The notes beneath the pieces were generated by a model. It did no database searches, was not told the DNA's origin, and saw only the letters and a program-made list of their open reading frames with translations. This document shows positions 61,520 to 64,000 of a DNA stretch of 64,000 bases, piece after piece. Source of the DNA: Octopus bimaculoides (Eukaryota); assembly GCF_001194135.2 (NCBI RefSeq), contig NC_068983.1:106929036-106993035 (forward strand), read 5' to 3'. How positions within the stretch are numbered: position 1 is the first letter of the stretch; every line of letters starts with the position of its first letter. Made by a program: the position numbers and the translations under genes.

Positions 61520-62540
61520 TTGAGTGATACTTTATTTTACCGACTCTGAAAAATTGAAAGGCAAAGTTGACCTTGCTGAGATTTGAACTCAGCACATGAA
61601 GAACTGGAAAAAATACTGAAAAATGATTTCAAATTTTAGCACAAAGCCAGCAATTTAGAGAGAGGTGGGTAAGTTGATTACATCAACTCCAGTGCTCAAA
61701 TGGTACTTATTTTATTGACCCCAAAAGGATGAAAGGCAAAATTTGAACTCAGAGTGTAAAGATGGATGAAATGTTGCTAAGCATTTTGCCTGTGTGTTAA
61801 TGATTCTACCAGCTCCCCACCCTAAATATTGAATAATGATTATCCCCTCTACTAAAGGCACAATTTTGGAGGAGGGATTTAGTCGATTATATTGACCCTA
61901 GTACATAACTGGTACTTATTTTATTCTTTTCTACACTAGGCACAAGGCTTGAAATTTTTAGGGAAGGGGCCAGTCGATTAGATCGACCCTAGTATGCAAC
62001 TGGTACTTAATTTATTGACCTTGAAAGGACGAAAGGCAAAGTCGACCTTGGAGGAATTTGAACTCAGAACATAAAGAGACAAAATACCACTAAGTATTTC
62101 GCCCGGCATGCTAACGTTTCTGCCAGATCGCTGCCCTTGGCACCTCAAATGTTGAATAATTACCATGACAACAATAATAATAATAATGGTTTCTAATTTT
62201 AGCACAAAGTCAGCAATTTTGACAGGACTTGATTGGTACCTTGACTGGTATCTTATTTGACTGGTACCTTATCTAATCAACCCGCAAAGATAAATGACAA
62301 AGTTGACCTTGACAGGATTTGAACTCAGAACGTAAAGCGCTTGAATAAATATCACAAGGTATTTTCTCACACTCTAAGGAGATGGATGAATAGAGTATTG
62401 GAAAATATCTTGCAGTATTTACCCAATGCCTTATAGTTCTGAGTTCAGTTCCCATTTTGGTAAATTTTACCTTTCGTCTTTTTTGAGGTTGATAAAATAG
62501 TGTATCAGTGATTGCTGGCATTGTACCTAAATCAGAAGCA
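61520..62540. mobile_element. cluster of about six SINE-B copies and fragments
   Basis: AAAGGCAAAGTYGACC / TTTGAACTCAG cores at ~61560, 61730, 62030, 62300 (minus) and ~62440 (plus), plus a partial copy at ~61870. Confidence 0.75.
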
Positions 62541-62596
62541 AAAGGTAATTAGTTGGTTGGCAAAATTATTAAAGTAATGAACAGAATTTTGTGGTA

Positions 62597-62616
62597 TTTG
62601 TTGTTGTTGTTGTTGT

Positions 62617-62652
<36 letters not shown>

Positions 62653-62705
62653 GGAGGAGGAGGAGGAGGAGGAGGAGGAGGATAATGGGGATGATGATGA
62701 TAAGG

Positions 62706-62738
<33 letters not shown>

Positions 62739-62740
62739 TG
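62597..62740. repeat. compound trinucleotide microsatellite (TTG)n(ATG)n(AGG)n..(TAG)n
   Basis: Directly visible. Confidence 0.9.
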
Positions 62741-64000
62741 CTGGAAAATAATTTTTGTAGGTTGACAAGAGCAGCAAATAAGCGTTTGTAACAATCTTAC
62801 TATAGAATATTTCCTGTAATCTGGACTACACCTCATTTTATCTAGCTGCCTGCTTAGACCTGTCTGTAATTTTACTATTTTCAAACATTTACCAAGCTAT
62901 TATATCAATGATGGTGATTAAGTGGCAAAATGCCAGCTCTTTCAGTATTGATTCAGTCTTTTGTCCTTTTTGTAGTCAATAACATAAGTGCCTGTAAGTT
63001 AAATTGATTTGGAATAGAAAGGACAATCACATCTTTAAGTGAAAGGTGTGGCTATCTATGAAGCACCATGAAAGGAGAGTCTTATTCATAGTTAGTACTA
63101 GATACTTTTATTTGAATAAAAGACAAATGAAAATTTAATAATGGTAACTAATTGAAAATAATTTTTCTTTTTTGATATTTTACAACTTCCATTCCACACT
63201 GAAATTATTGGGTAAAAGTTTGTGGGGTTTTGTTGAAGATAGCTTGTTGGTATTTCTTTGGTTTCCTTTAATTATCTACTGAGTGTGAATAATTAACTAA
63301 ATAAATCCTAATTTACATTTTACAAGTAAGCTATCATTAATTTCATTTCATTAGGTCAACAAGCCATTACAGTACATGTTGATAGTCAAAGAAAATTCAG
63401 TTTCTCATTGAGTGTTGGTTGCATTCCATTGTATTACATTTGCAATTCAATGTATATTTGATGATGCAGCTTTTAAGATTTCTAAAATTCAGTAATGAGT
63501 CACTAAAAGCATGTGCTTTAGTAATGAAGTTTATTATTGAGTTTTTAGAGTTTTATAAGAAGTAAATTAGAGAGTTCAGGATTATGAATTTCTTGAATAG
63601 GATTTGCTGGATATATAACATGGGTTTGACAGAAAGGCTGTCTGTAAGAAACTGTATTTGTGATAACTCAAATGTAATGCAGGGAGCTGCTTTCAAGGAA
63701 TAAGCTGAGTCCGCCCCACCAAAAAAAAAAAAAAACCCCAAAAAAAACCCATAATACTCACAACTATAGTAGTGGAGAGAGAGGAAGATATCAAGTAATT
63801 TCTCCTAGCAATATCAATAATAGATGTGAACCTGAAAACTCAGTTAACCTAGAACAATGAAACAGATGTTAAAGTGCAGAACATTATTCATTGGAATGGT
63901 GGTGCTGCAATAATCACTGTAAGCCAAGATTGTTAGATCTAAGTTTACACACACACGCAAACACACACACACACATGTACATATCTATATATATATATAT

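Overview
AT-rich, repeat-saturated animal DNA, most likely a coleoid cephalopod (Octopus-like; inferred from the SINE/LINE repertoire and dense microsatellites). It contains 11 N-gaps, mostly flanked by (TA)n/(TG)n, as in a short-read assembly. No intact host gene is recognisable; only a few weak + strand cassette-exon candidates were seen (best: a 24-nt microexon at 16262-16285). Nearly all long ORFs in the track are gap or microsatellite artefacts. The window holds decayed TEs: a multiply deleted Ty3/Gypsy gag-pol; mariner and DD37D (maT) relics; hAT, Tigger-like, piggyBac-like and long-TIR MITEs; RTE, CR1/L2, R4/Dong and CRE-like LINE fragments; and three tRNA-derived SINE families (working labels SINE-A/B/C). 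The main finding is about ten type I hammerhead-ribozyme (HHR) motifs from at least five unrelated short, microsatellite-tailed, Penelope-like (PLE) terminal repeats. Two look structurally complete (8997-9062 minus; 47936-48005 minus). In three families the motif occurs as a divergent head-to-head pair inside a fold-back palindrome (centres ~4154, ~39286, 48023). A tRNA-derived element flanked by a TSD (55589-55869) has the same fold-back geometry. All structures were read by eye; no activity is demonstrated.
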